DNA from: the human T2T-CHM13v2.0 reference genome, Homo sapiens
NCBI RefSeq assembly: GCF_009914755.1
Contig: NC_060936.1
DNA: 64,000 nt
Reading direction: 5' to 3' (one strand)
Below, piece by piece: positions 33,440-64,000 of the stretch. How positions within the stretch are numbered: position 1 is the first letter of the stretch; the number at the start of each line of letters is the position of its first letter. Position numbers and translations under genes: made by a program. The notes under the pieces were generated by a model. The model did not search any database. It was not told where the DNA came from and worked only from the letters and a program-made list of their open reading frames with translations.

Positions 33440-33940
33440 CATACATATTTTTAACATACATATTGTTCATATATATATGAACATATATATATATAACTAT
33501 ATATATGAAATATATATATATACACACAAACACACACTCGTACATACACATACAGGTCTCTGTCACCCAGGCTGCAGTGCAGTGGCTGAGTCATGGGTCA
33601 CTGCAGCCTCAAACTCTCAGGCTTAAGTGATGCTTTCACCTCAGCCTCTCAAGTAGCTAGGACTACAGGCAAGCAATGCTATGCCCAGACAATTTTTAAA
33701 TCTTTTTCTAGAGACTGAGCCTACTTATGTTGCCCAGACTGGTCTTGAACTTCTGGGATCAAGCGATCATTCCACTTTGGCCTCCCAAAGTGTTTAGATT
33801 ACAGATGGGAGCTACCAAACTCAGCCAAAAATATTTTTTAAAGAACTGTTATAAGCAAATTATGAGTTATGATTGCACCACTGCCCTCCAGCCTGGGCAC
33901 CAGAGCAAGACCTTGTATCCAAAAACAAAGCAAAATGAAA
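33440..33940. repeat. (TA)n/(CA)n tract, antisense AluJ (33553-33825) and a sense Alu 3' fragment
   Basis: Visible simple repeat plus Alu motifs. Confidence 0.85.
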
Positions 33941-35018
33941 CGAAAAGAAACTTACAACCAAATTAAACTTCAAAGATTGTGTCATCTGTGTCCAGCCCTG
34001 CCCTCCAAGCCATCACAGTTAAATATAATGGTTATTGAGAAAACAGTTAGATATTGTTAAGAAATTTTTATATATCCTCCAGCTGAAAATGAGGTATTCA
34101 AATGTGGCCCAAATATTTTCTCACCGCTACCTTCAGAATCTGAACTAGCAAATCAAATCAAGACACCTGCAGAGGACAGTTGGCTGTTTTCAAATAGAAA
34201 GAGAATTACCCCCGTTAATAAGAGTAATACAGTGATTTTCAAAAAGAAAAGTCAGACTGAGATGCAGCACAGTCAGGGCAAAACTACCCTGGAAAAACCT
34301 CTTCACACAGAATGGTTGAGGAGACTTTCTTAGATGAGCAAATTTGGGCAACATAATTCTCGCTTATTTATTCCCAAACCAACTTCCCACCTGATTCCTA
34401 ATGGCCACCCCACGATATGGTCAGCAATGGGGTGCAGCATCATGAGAGAGGAGCTCAAGGATGGGATAAGGGTCTTTCCTGCATGATTAAAATGCTTAAA
34501 AAGTTGTGGAAAAGGTGTCCAAATTGTTCTACTTCCTACCTTTAAATAGGTGCTAAGATGCATTATAAAACAGACTCAGGTAAGGGAAAGAACAAGTGCA
34601 TTTCAAGTCTAAGTTCGCTTCTTAATTAGCTGTGATACTCTGGGCATGTGATCCCACTATTTGAGCCCATTTGCCTGTTCACCCAAGACAAACCTAAGCA
34701 AAAATAACAAAGCTTGTGGCATCATGCTACCCGACTTCAAACTATATTAAAAGGTTATAGTAACCAAAACACATGGTACTGGTACCACAACAGAGATATA
34801 GACCAATGAAACAGAACAGACACCTCAGAAATAACACCACACATCTACAACCATCTGATCTTCAATAAACCTGACCAAAACAAGCAATGGGGGAAAAAAT
34901 CCCTGTTTAACAATGGTGCTGAAAAAACTGGCTAGCTTTATGCAGAAAACAGAAACTGGAGACCTTCCTTACATCTTATACAAATATTAACTCAAGATGG
35001 ATTAAAGTTTTTTTGTTT

Positions 35019-41173
<6,155 letters not shown>

Positions 41174-41188
41174 AAAGTTTTTTTGTTT

Positions 41189-41505
41189 TGTGATTTTTTT
41201 TTTTTTTAAGATGGAATCTCACTCTGTTGCCCAGGCTGGAGTACAGTGGAGTGATCTCTGCTCACTGCAACCTCCGTTTTCAAATAGAAAGAGAAATACC
41301 TTTCTAGCAATTCTCCTGACTCAGCCTCCTAAGTAGCTGAGATTACAGGCACCCACCACTACGCCCAGCTAATTTTTTTGTATTTTTAGTAGTGATGGGG
41401 TTTCACCATGTTGGCCAGGCTGATCTCGAACTCCTGGCCTTGTGATTTGCTTGCCTCAGCCTCCCAAAGTGCCTGGATTACAGGCATGAGCCACTGTCCC
41501 TGGCT
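41189..41505 (-). mobile_element. Antisense Alu whose tail was the target of the full-length L1
   Basis: Antisense Alu consensus; T-rich tail split by the L1 TSD. Confidence 0.9.
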
Positions 41506-41854
41506 GTATTAAGGTCTTACATGTAAAACCCCAAAACATAAAAACCCTAGAAGAAAACCTAGGCAATACCATTCAGGACAGAAGCATGGGCAAAGACTTC
41601 ATGACTAAAACACCGAAAGCAGTTGCAAAGAAAGCAAAATTGACAAATGAGATCTAGTTAAACTAAAGAGCTTCTGCACAGCAAAAGAAGCTATCATCTG
41701 AGTGAACAGACAACCTACTGAATGGGAGAAAATTTTTGCAATCTATCCATCTGACGAAGGTCTTATATCCAAACATAAACAAATTCACAAGAAAAAAAAA
41801 AACCAAACAAACACCATCAGAAAGTGGACAAGGGATATGAACAGACTTTTCTCA

Positions 41855-42162
<308 letters not shown>

Positions 42163-42882
42163 AAGACATTTATGCGACCAAAAAACATAAACCTCATTAT
42201 CACTGGTCGTTAGAGAAATGCAAATCAAAACCACAATGAGATACCATCTCATGCCAGTTAGAATGGCAATTATTAAAAAGTCAGGAACCAACAGATGCTG
42301 GTGAAGCTGTGGAGAAATAGATATGCTTTTACACTGTTGGTGGGAGGGTAAATTAGTTCAACCATTGTGGAAGACAGTGTGACAATTTCTCAAGGATCTA
42401 GAACCAGAAATATCATTTGACCCAGCAATCCCATTACTGGGTATATACTCAAAGCATTATAAATCATTCTACTATAAAGACACATGCACACGTATGTTTA
42501 TTGCAGCCCTGTTTACAATAGCAAAGAATTGGAACCAACCCTAATGCCCATCAGTGATAGACTGGAGAAAGAAAATGAGGCACATATACACCATAGAATA
42601 TTATGCAGCCATAAAAAAGGATGAGTTCATGTCTTTTGCAGGGACTTGAATGAAGCTGGAAACCATCATCCTCAGCAAACTAACACAGGAACAGGAAAAC
42701 AAACACCACATGTTCTCATTCATAAAAGGAAGTTGAACAATGAGAACACATAGACACAAGGAGGGAAACATCACACACTGGGGCCTGTCAGAGAATGGGG
42801 GTCAAGGAGAGAGAGAGCGTTAGGAGAAATAACTAATGCATGTGAGGCTTAAAACCTAGATGGCGGGTTGATAGGCGCAGCA

Positions 42883-42963
42883 GCCGGGCAGGGCGGCTCA
42901 CGCCTGTAATCCCAGCACTTTAGGAGGTGGAGGCGGGCGGATCACCTGAAGTCGGGAGTTCAA
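42883..42963 (+). mobile_element. 3'-truncated Alu (first ~80 nt, no tail)
   Basis: gccgggcagggcggctcacgcc...gagttcaa flanked by gataggcgcagca and gataggtgccgca. Confidence 0.85.
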
Positions 42964-43069
42964 GATAGGTGCCGCAAACCCCCATGGCACATGTAAACCT
43001 ATGGAACAAACCTGCACGTTCTGCACATGTATCCCAGAACTTAAAGTTTTTTTTTAAAAAAGGGCACTA

Positions 43070-43700
43070 AGGCTGAGGGGGAGTGGCGGTGGGGGGGGAG
43101 TGGGTGGGCCCTGGAGCTTTATGCAATCGGTGGCGGTGGCGTGGGAACAGCCCAATCAGGCACGCAGTTGGAGAGGAAGGAAGGGCGTGGCTTCCAGTGT
43201 TTGGCGGGAACTTTTTCTCTCCCTGGCGCCAGAACTTGGGATCCATCTCTACTCTTCCACCTTCTCCATGTTGGGAGCTCCATGGGGCCTTCCTCACAAT
43301 CTCTTTTGCCCTGTAATCTGAAGGTACTTGGGGACGCATAGCTAAGATACCAGAACATCCTGGAAGCTGGGAAATGGTGAGTAAGGGGGTTCGGCACCCC
43401 GAGAGAAGAGAGCAGGCTGTGAAACCAGCAGGACCGGCCTCCCCACAGTCATCTCCAAGTCTCTGGCGCAGCTTGGCCCTCAGTCCCCTGTGCCTGCAAG
43501 ATGGTGGCTGGGGCCAGCAGCAGGGACCCCCGTGTCCGGCCTCATGCCCTCCGGTCCCGTCCCTGCGTGGCGTCCTGCTGTGCGCCCACAGTGCGAGTAT
43601 TCCCCAGATTGTTCGGGGATGCCAGGTGGGTCATCAGGGCAGAACCCCCACTCGGTGTGTGCGTCGGAGGAGCTGCAGCCCGGGGCGTCCCCAGTCTCTC
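43070..43700 (+). promoter_or_regulatory. GC-rich ZNF91-family-type promoter and first exon (ATG at 43374-43376 then gtgag donor)
   Basis: CCAAT (~43152), gggcgtggc GC-box, tttggcgggaa E2F-like site (~43200), and gccctgtaatctgaaggtacttgggg...agctaagatacc...ggaagctgggaaATG|gtgag, the exon-1 pattern of ZNF91-subfamily KRAB-ZNF genes. Confidence 0.75.
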
Positions 43701-43877
43701 TTGTTAAAAATTAAAGGGGATTCCATGTTAAAACGTTAACCACTTTATTTGAGCAAACAGTGATTGGTGAAATGGAAAGCACCCAGCCATGATTTGTGGT
43801 CCACCCGAGGGGCATGAAGGAAAGGCTTTTACAAGGTGCATAAGAAAGCAACCCAATTTCAAGAAATGGTTAGAGTT

Positions 43878-44560
<683 letters not shown>

Positions 44561-44564
44561 ATTA

Positions 44565-51330
<6,766 letters not shown>

Positions 51331-51540
51331 AAAATAATGATTTTATCTCTCAAATCTAGACTAGCAATTCATCAAGAATAAATATGCTGTATACATTGGT
51401 AGTCATTTAACTATTTCCAGTAAGCTAACCAATTTCAGTGTTTTCTAAATATGTTCAATTGTGTTTTATTTTAATTTCCTCTCACCTGTCATTCACCCAG
51501 CCAGAATTACATCACTTCACACATAGAACTTCCATTTCTG

Positions 51541-51881
<341 letters not shown>

Positions 51882-51959
51882 TTACAGTCTTTAACAATCC
51901 CACAACACAAAACAACCAAAGTTAGTCTTCATGTCGAAAATCTTCAATGGATCTTTTAC

Positions 51960-53100
51960 ATCAGAGGATTGCTTAGTGCAATATTTAATGGAAAGGATGC
52001 ATGCTGCTGAGATATAATTCTCCAAAGCTCTTTTAGAGTTTGTTGTTTTTTTATTTTTTACGTCACATATCTCTCCTGTTCCAGGTTATTTTTCAAAGAT
52101 TTTTGTACAGAAATAGCCCGGGAAAAGGGTAGTAATTTTTCTCTTCGGGTGAATGGCAGATAAATTACTCAACCAATGTAAAAAAGACAATTTTTCTCTG
52201 TGAGGCAAATGTTGGACAAATTTGCATGTAACTTATTTTTAAAAGATTGAGGTTTTTTAATCTTGAGGTTGCTCAGCTGTGACACAAATCTTCCCCATGT
52301 GCAATGTCCATCTGAGCCTTTTGAAATCCCTCTAAAAATGTAGTGTGCACAAGGAGAACTAATACAAATATGAAGCTTTTGCCTCTAGTTCTGCTGTCAA
52401 TCATAAGTATTTTTGTCATACTTCAGTGTCTCATGCCTTCTACCAGCATCCATGAAACTGGAAGATTAATAGGTTAGTTTACAAATAGGATAAAATCTAA
52501 GATCCTTCACAATGATTTAGTTTTGGTGATGAGAGTAGGATGCTGCGATAAACACAACTTTCTGAAAGGGGGAAAGATAAAAATACTTGAAGAACTTGCA
52601 AGGGATATGAGAAGTTCCCCTAGGACCAACAGCAAATTCTCTCAGCCAAGTGATTAGTGTGGTGAAACAAGGGCTGTACACTCTGCAGTCTGCTAATGAG
52701 GCTGGTCTGTGAGATGATTAAAACCAAGAGCCTGAGTGCTTCGCATGTTCATTTTTCTCCTGCTGAAAGGATCAAGGAGTCCTTAAAGCTAATGTTGAGG
52801 CTTGGATGAGTCCAAACCATTAGAAGTTCATGTGGTTGAGCTGTGAGCAGCCAAAAGGCTGCTGAAAGCTACATTGAATGGGTCTTGTTAGTCTCTTCTT
52901 TACCCACATGAAGGTGCCCACTACCTCTGCACTCCAAAATTTTTTCCTTCATCTATAGCCAACTTCAGCAACTTTAAGTATTAAACTACGTAAGATTGGT
53001 GATTTGGAGGGGGGAGCTCGAGCTTTTATAGTCCTGTTGGATATGACAAATGTAGGATCAAGAGTGATTATAAAGTGGTAGAAAGGAAAAAGTTCTTAAT
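51960..53100 (+). mobile_element. Degenerate ERV1-type LTR plus start of internal sequence (subfamily uncertain)
   Basis: cagcatccatgaaactg...aaaatctaagatccttcaca followed by PBS-like tttggtgatgag. Confidence 0.5.
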
Positions 53101-53419
53101 CCTGGGTACTCTTGAAATGTAAGGTATCACACAGCTTAATTTAACAAGCCAAGGAGAAAAAAATCTCCCAACCACTCAAATCCTCTTTTTCATGTGAATC
53201 ACTTCTGGCCCCTTGTGGCCTCATACTCCTGCCCAGGGGATAGTGCCATCCTACTTTAGCCCTTGCCTCAAACAAATATTTAACACTATGGTCTGTGTTT
53301 AAATAGAAGAAGCTGAGCAGAGAAAAAAATTTGGGCAAATTCTACACATACTTCATGATTCTCACAAATTACAATCTGTGAGTGAACATAATAACAATAA
53401 GAGTTCTGTAAATATATAT

Positions 53420-53696
53420 TTGATTTGATTTTTGAGACAGGATCTCACTATCACCCAGGTTGAAATGCAGTGGTGTCATCTTAGCTCATTGCCACTTCCG
53501 TCTCCTGGGCTTCAGTGATCCTCCGAAGTAGCTGTGACTATGGATGCAGACCACCACACTAGCCTAATTTTTTATTTTGTGTAGAGATGGGGTTTCCGCA
53601 TGCCGCCCAGGCTAGTCTTGAACTCCTGAGCACAAATGATCTCCCACCTCAGCCTCCAAAAGTGCTAGGATTACAGGAGTGAGCCACTGCACCTGG
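53420..53696 (-). mobile_element. AluJ with a long TSD
   Basis: agagttctgtaaatatatattt repeated at ~53400 and ~53698. Confidence 0.88.
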
Positions 53697-55066
53697 CAGA
53701 GTTCTGTAAATATATATTTAATGAGCATTATGTGGCAATAGGTGTTCTTATATTTATAGAAATAAATATTTAATTGATACTAAGTACAACACCAAGGCTC
53801 TTTTTAAAAATTCTCTGATTTCTTCTGTCAATTAGGCAAGTCAATTCAAGTTCTGTGAATTAGGCAAGTCAATTCCTTCTGCTTTGACTGATGACAAAAA
53901 GGGGCAGAGAGTATGAGTCACCAAGGCAGCGGGGAGCAGAGAAAAAAAGTTTGGACTGCAGTTCATTGATCTATTTCTCCTGTGATTGGCAGTATTCTGT
54001 CTCTCCACAAAGTTCAACAAGTTGTGATTTCTTATAGGCTGTGTCTGAAGTATCCAGAAATGTTATTAGGTTCCAGCTGAGCTATGCCTTTGAATATTTT
54101 ACTATCTGTTATCTACAGAAGAAAATACATGCAGCTACTTAAGGGCACATTCTCTGCCAAGCACTGTGCTAAAGCAGGAGCTTACAGGTGTGAGTTGACT
54201 TAATCGTTAGGAAAACTCAAGGATTAAGGGAGTCATTATTCCAATTTTACACAAGAAGATAAAATGTTGTCTCATTGTGAGCAGCTGCCTAGAAAGAATA
54301 AATAAATAAGTAAAGCCACATGGCTGGTAAGAGGCAAACTGGAATCTCAAAACCAGTCATTTAATCCTATCATTTTGGCAAGCTGAGCAACCCCTTGCCA
54401 GTAGCCTAAAAAAATGCCAGGGAAAGAGAGGGTGGCAATTGTGCATTTGAGAAACAGGTAAAAACCTGGTGTTGATATTCAGAAAAAATGTATTAGATTA
54501 TTGCAACACTTGACATCCATTGTTAACTTAATGCAACGCATAAAAGTGTTTACAAAAGCTGCACATGCTTTGGGGATCAACATTTGGGAGGGATTTACAT
54601 AGAATATACATTTACCTTAAGAAACATGTGTTCAGCTCCTAGTAACTCCATGTCTATCAAATATATCATTATTACACAAATTAGGTGTTTCATCTAATAA
54701 TGAGATGGCTAATTCTGTGTTTAATAAATGTTATATTTATTTATAAATTGATAAAATTTTAATAAATTTATAAATAAGTTCAATCATTTCAATGATCACT
54801 AAGAACTGGTTGAGTACGTCTTAGACCACATAGCACATGTGTGTGAATGAGTGTGTGTGTGAGTGTGTAATGTATAGTCTGTTTCTACATATAATGTATA
54901 TTTTATCTATATATTATAATTAATATACACATAATATATAGCATATATATGAGTAATACACATACAACACATGGCTGAAAACATGTATTGTGTATATATA
55001 TAATATATACACAATATATTAAATATATTAAATTATTAATATATTAAATATATTATATATATATAG

Positions 55067-55822
55067 TTTTTTTTTGAAACGGAGTCTCACACTGTTGCCC
55101 GGGCTGGAGTGCAGTGGCGCGATCTCGGCTCACTGCTCCCTCTGCCTCCCAGGTTGAAGCTATTCTCCTGCCTCAGTGTCAGGAGTAGCTGGGATTACAG
55201 GCACCCCCTCACCATGCCCGGCTAACGTTTTTTTGTATTTTTAGTGGAGACGGAGTTTCACTATGTTGGCCAGTCTGGTCTCGAACTCATGACCTTGTGA
55301 TCCACCTGCTTCGGCTTCCCAAAGTGCTGAGATTACAAGCATGAGCCACCACGCCCGGCCTGTATTCTATTTTTATTAGAGTTTAATTTACTGGTGCCCA
55401 CAAGAAAAAAAGAAAATACGTTTTACAAGTAAAATCAAAGCACTAGTTATTAACCCCTGCATCTAGTCTTTTTTCAGAATGAGGGCTGGCATAATTAAAT
55501 AACAAGTAAAATTGAGCTGGGCATGGTGGCTCGTGCCTGTCATCCCAGCACTTTGGGAGGCCGGCTGAGGTGGGCAGAATACTTGAGGCCAAGAGTTGAA
55601 GACCAGCCTGGCCAACATGGCAAAACCCCATCTCTACTAAAAATACAAAACATCAGCCGGGCATCGTGGCATGTGCCTGTATTCCCAACTACTAGGGAGG
55701 CTGTGGTGGGAGAATCACTTGAACCCAGGAGGCAGAGCTTGCAGTGAGCTGAGCTCATGCCACTGCACTCCAGCTGGGGTGATAGAGCAAGATCCTGCCT
55801 CAAAAATAAATAAATAAATAAG
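55067..55822. mobile_element. Antisense Alu (55067-55360) and sense Alu (55515-55822) next to an AT-rich low-complexity tract (54880-55065)
   Basis: Alu consensus. Confidence 0.9.
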
Positions 55823-56019
55823 TAAAATTAGCATGAACATAATTTTTTTAAATATATATCTCTATTTTTTCATCAGGTTTCAATCTTTATTTAGAAACTT
55901 TTGCCTTTTTAAAGATCTGTTCCACACTCTTCTGCCAAACTCTCACTGCCAAAACCTTAGCTTTCTGAAGTTTTTTATTTTACTCTCTGACTCCTGAATA
56001 GCATCTCTGAACCAACCTA

Positions 56020-57076
<1,057 letters not shown>

Positions 57077-57145
57077 ATCATTTGCTTTTCTTTCTTCCTT
57101 TGTTTCTTTAACAAGCATGGACACTTCTATCTGGGTTTTAAAAAT

Positions 57146-57617
57146 TGTGTACAAGAAAAATAAATTTGGGGGCTTCCAAATTACTAAACTAAAGGGAAAA
57201 GTCAAGCTGGGAACTGCTTAGGGCCATCCTGCCTCCCATTCTATTCAAAGTCACTCCTCTGCTCACAGCGATAAATGCATATTTAATTTCCTCTTTTGGA
57301 GAGGCTAATCAGAAACTCAAAAGAATGCAACCATTAGTTTCTCAATTACCTATGACCCGGAAGTGCCCTCCTCGCTTTGAGAATTCCTGCCTTTGCTTCA
57401 AGTTGTCCCGCCTTTGCAGACCGAACCAATATTAATCTTGCACAAATTGATTCATGTCTCTGGTGTTCCTAGAATGTATAAAACCAAACTGCTCTGATGA
57501 CCTTAGGCACACGTCCTCAGAACCTCCTGAGGCTGTGTCATGGGTATGTGTCCTCAACCTTGGCCAAATAAACTTTCTTAATTCACTGAGATCTGTCTCA
57601 AGTTATCAGGGTTCACA
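57146..57617 (+). mobile_element. MER4A-like solo ERV1 LTR
   Basis: tg...ca ends; aaagggaaaagtcaagctgggaactgcttaggg...gctaatcagaaactcaaaagaatgcaacc. Confidence 0.8.
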
Positions 57618-57985
57618 ATGGAGAGTGAATTGTAGCTCCACCCTAGGACTTCTCATTAACAAGAACTATCCTGAATCTCTCCAGATGCAGTGAAACCAGG
57701 TATATGTAAACTTTATGAAACTAAACGGCACTTCCTAGAAGTATATGAATGAATGTTGAGGAAAAAAACACAAACCACCCACCTTTCAAAGAAGCAATAA
57801 CCCTGAATTCTGTGTCATTTTCAGAGTCAGCTTGTTTCCTGAGTCATCCCACCAAACGAAAACATTCCAGGGTGAGCTATTGTCCCTCCAGCCTTTGGCC
57901 CTGCCCCTTCGGTCCCCTGCACCCTCCCCTAAACCCTTGCAGTGATCACATTCTCTGATTCTGCAAAACCAGATGGGAGCCCTGA

Positions 57986-60490
<2,505 letters not shown>

Positions 60491-62231
60491 ACAAAATTTC
60501 AACCTAGACAGAGCTTGAGACCATACCCTAAACTACTGTTTTCCTGAGAATAATGTGTCAACATCAGCTCTGTAAATCAGAGATTAAAGATCACTTCACT
60601 AAAGTTTGAGACACTTCCCATTTCTGGCTGGAGCTGCCCTCCGTGCCCCATCAGTTTTCATGGCTTGAGGGGGCACCACTGTCCCAAAAACATGTGCACT
60701 ACTATGGCTACATGCTGTTCTAAGAGAACAAAGACAGCCTTCTCCAAATCCTTCTAGATCTGCCATTAGTCTCAGTCAGCCAATGGCCACTGACTCCTCT
60801 GGTATGAGAGGGACAGCCCTTCTGCCTGACCACACCAAGAGAAAGCATTCAGGGTTTGCTTGATGATTTCATGAGGGGAGCATACTGGGGTGGAAGAATG
60901 TTCCCTGCATGCTTGTTTTGCAACTTCCCAGCTCGGACAGGCTCCAGTGAAAATCGTGTGATTAGGGAGCCCAGACTAATGGCAGACACAGGGCCCCCTG
61001 CTCTCCTCCAAAAGTCGCAAGGCTCCCATTGTCACGGTTCACAGGAAGCCAAGAAGAGCACCAGGGACAGGTGGCAGACATCCCGACAACATGAAAAGGA
61101 TAGGTAATTGAACATAGCTAGGTTACATTAATCATCCAGGGTCAGAGAACAGAACAAGGAAAGGAGAGAGGGGAGAAATCAGTCCAGACTTTCTGGTCAG
61201 TTGGCACAGGAGCAGTGGCACAAAATGGCTTTGTGTGGGGGATTTAGCTCACATAATCTCTAACAGGGCACCCCCTCCTTGCAAATTGCCCCAAATATAC
61301 GTACAACCTAAATTCAAGGCCAGCCCCAGCCTCCCCTCTGATGAGATTGCTGCCCTGAGCTCCTCCTTTATAGAAATGCTGGCAACACCATGGCTGCTCA
61401 GCCACCTATGGTTTAGGGGGAACATAGAGGCTTGCATTTGCACTGCTGGATTCAGAGGCAGGGATCCCTGAAACCCAGGGACAGTCTCCTAGATCTAACT
61501 ATCCACAGGGATTAACTGGTCATTATCACCTCTGGGATGTGTGTTCTGCAGACCTTGCTTTCTATTTGTTCCTTGCATCTGGCCCTGCCCAGACAATTGA
61601 TTTCAGCAACTATAAATTTGGAGGGAGTTGTTCATCTTGGAAAAGATTCTGGAATGGAGACCTGAAAGCGAGGAGGAAACATCTTCCCCAGGAACCAAAT
61701 ACAAATATGTTCAAATACAAATCATGCCTGACCACTCCCTAGGCTTCTCTGAGTGGGTTACAAGACTACAGGCTCAGGGAGCTTTAGGAGATGTGCACCA
61801 TCGGGCTTCAGTGACCAGAATCCATAGGGAACTGTCACATGGCCTCTGACCTTGTGTATGATCTAGGTGAAGATACCTATTTTTCTCACAATATGACAGA
61901 CAGCATGAAGCTAGGGGGCAGGCACACTTGGGATGACAGAACCAGGAATCCAAAAGATAGTGTAAAATAAGGGTAAAGTGCTGACTAAAAGATGAAATTT
62001 ATGAATAGCAGGAACAGACATGGTCTTGCACTTTGGTCAATGACATAATAAACATAAACAATCAAAGGACCCTGCCCAGGTTTAAATTCTTGTCACTGTT
62101 ACCCTCGGCACAAAACATAATCTTGTGAGGTCCCACCTCCTCACTTGTAAAACTGGGATAATAATAGCCCCTACATTATGAAGTTGTTATGAGAATTAAA
62201 TCAGTTAATGTAGGCAAAGTGCTTACGTAAC

Positions 62232-62770
62232 ATGGTGGTGATGATGATGGCAATGGTGATGATGGTGGTGGTGATGAAAATGGTGATGGTATGATGATGG
62301 TGGTGGTGGTGAAGATGGTGGTGATGGTGATGGGTGAAGGTGATGGTGCTGATTATTATGGTGATGGTGATGATGGTGATGGTATGATGATGTGACAGTG
62401 ATGGTGATGATGGTGATGATGATGATGGTGCTGATGGTGATGGTGGTATGATGGTGATAGTGAGGGTAATGATGGTGATGATAATAATGGTAGTGATAGT
62501 GATGGTGATGGTGGTGATGGTCATGATGATGGTAATGGTGATGATGGTGGTGATAGTGATGGTAATGATCGTGATGGTGATGATGGTGGTGGTGATGGTG
62601 ATGATGATGTTGATGATAGCAATGGTGATGATGGTGATGGTGATAATGGTAGTGATAGCGATGGCGGTGGTGGTGATGGTAATGTGATGATGGTGATGGA
62701 GATGACGGTGATGGTGATGATGATGGTGGTGATAGTGGTGGTGATGGATGATGATGATGGTGATGGTGAT
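62232..62770. repeat. Degenerate (GAT/GGT)n triplet repeat, about 540 bp, between MIR remnants
   Basis: Directly visible; MIR core at 62130-62225. Confidence 0.95.
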
Positions 62771-63094
62771 AGATAACACATGGTGCCAATCATAGTGCTT
62801 CCCACTAGGCAGTCTGATTCCAGAGCCTATGTTCTTAACCATCTTGCTATACTAATTCTCATAAGTGTTAAGTATAATTATTATAATTATTACTGACTAG
62901 GAAGAAATGTGGCTGATTCACAGCCTATGTAAAAATGACTTTATGGGTGATGGCTGACAGCAAGTACAACACGAGTCACATAAAGACTATCTGTAATGAG
63001 GTGGTGACACTCCCATGCTACTTTTTGCAGCATGGGTATCACAAGAGGAGAGGCCTAAAGACACACAGAGCAGGACCAGAAGGAAATGACTAGG

Positions 63095-63590
63095 GCCAGG
63101 TGCAATGGCTCATGCCTGTAATCTCAGCTCTTTGGGTGGCTGAGGCAGGTGGATGGCCTGAACTCAGAAGTTTGAGAGCAGCCTGGTCAACATGGTGAAT
63201 CCCCGTCTCTACCAAAAATACAAAAATTAGACGGGCGTGATGGTGGGCACCTGTAATCCCAGCTACTCGGGAGGCTGAGGCAGGAGAATTGCTTGAACCT
63301 GGGAGGCGGAGGTTTCAGTGAGCCGAGATGACACCATTGCACTCCAGCCTGGGCGACAAGAGTGAAACACCCTCTCAAAAATAAATAAATAAATAAATAA
63401 AAATAAAAAAGAAGGAAATGACCAGAAAGACCAAACCATAGCATAAGAAGAATAGCCAAGAGCAGGTATGGTGACTTGTGCTTGTAGTCTCAGCAATTTG
63501 GGAGCCTGAGGCAGGAGGATCTCTTAAGCCCAGGAGTTTGAGAACAGTCTGGCAACGTGGTGAGACCCTGTCTCTAAGAAAAATTTAAAA
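63095..63590 (+). mobile_element. AluS (63095-63410) and FLAM-like monomer (63456-63590)
   Basis: Alu consensus. Confidence 0.9.
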
Positions 63591-64000
63591 ATAATAGCCA
63601 GAGGACCTGGCATGTTTTGCCTGAAGAAAATACTTGGGGGACATGCCAGCCACTTTCTAAGGCCTTAAGCCTGCTACATAGAATCCAAGGCCCAGAAGTA
63701 GGCCAGGTGAAGGTGGGTCCTAGGTAGACAGATCTCAGCTCAATACAGGAAGGACTTTCTGATGTGTTGACCCAAGTTGAAAAGGAAGCATCCTGTCCCA
63801 GAAGCATCTGAGTGCTGGCAGAATCCAGAAGTCTGGGACTCAAACACTGGATAGAGGAGTAGCTATTTTACAGGCTCTAAATAGCTCCTCCAAGTGTGGA
63901 ACCAGGACCATCTGATGACCACATGCATCACCCAGGGGCTTGTTAGACACATAGATCCAGAGTCTCCACCCCAGCCACTGACTCTGAATCTGCATTTTCA

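Noticed and set aside
62201-62842. His/Ile/Thr/Met-rich ORFs of 79-213 aa
   Set aside because: By-products of the triplet repeat; no promoter, splice or domain support

Overview
Primate (human-like) repeat-rich genomic DNA with no intact protein-coding gene; it reads as a mosaic segmental-duplication block. From left to right: (i) a segment resembling the rDNA intergenic spacer; (ii) two twin-primed (5'-inverted) L1PA insertions, the first carrying a ~640-bp 3' transduction; (iii) a solo MER11-type LTR; (iv) a processed AK6 pseudogene with a long 3' extension, inserted into the intron of a decayed minus-strand KRAB-ZNF remnant; (v) a multi-exon unprocessed CLUH pseudogene that appears paralogous to the D4Z4-proximal region of 4q35/10q26, but with no D4Z4/DUX4 next to it; (vi) a full-length disrupted L1PA nested in an Alu nested in an older L1; (vii) an orphan ZNF91-family promoter/exon 1; and (viii) an ordinary Alu/MIR-rich tail. 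The strongest unexplained signal is a perfectly identical 720-bp inverted repeat shared by two otherwise diverged L1 copies about 20.7 kb apart, including three shared in-frame ORF2 stops, which points to recent gene conversion or a recurrently inverting segment. Family and gene assignments come from recalled consensus sequences, not from database searches; repeat boundaries are approximate unless a TSD is quoted.
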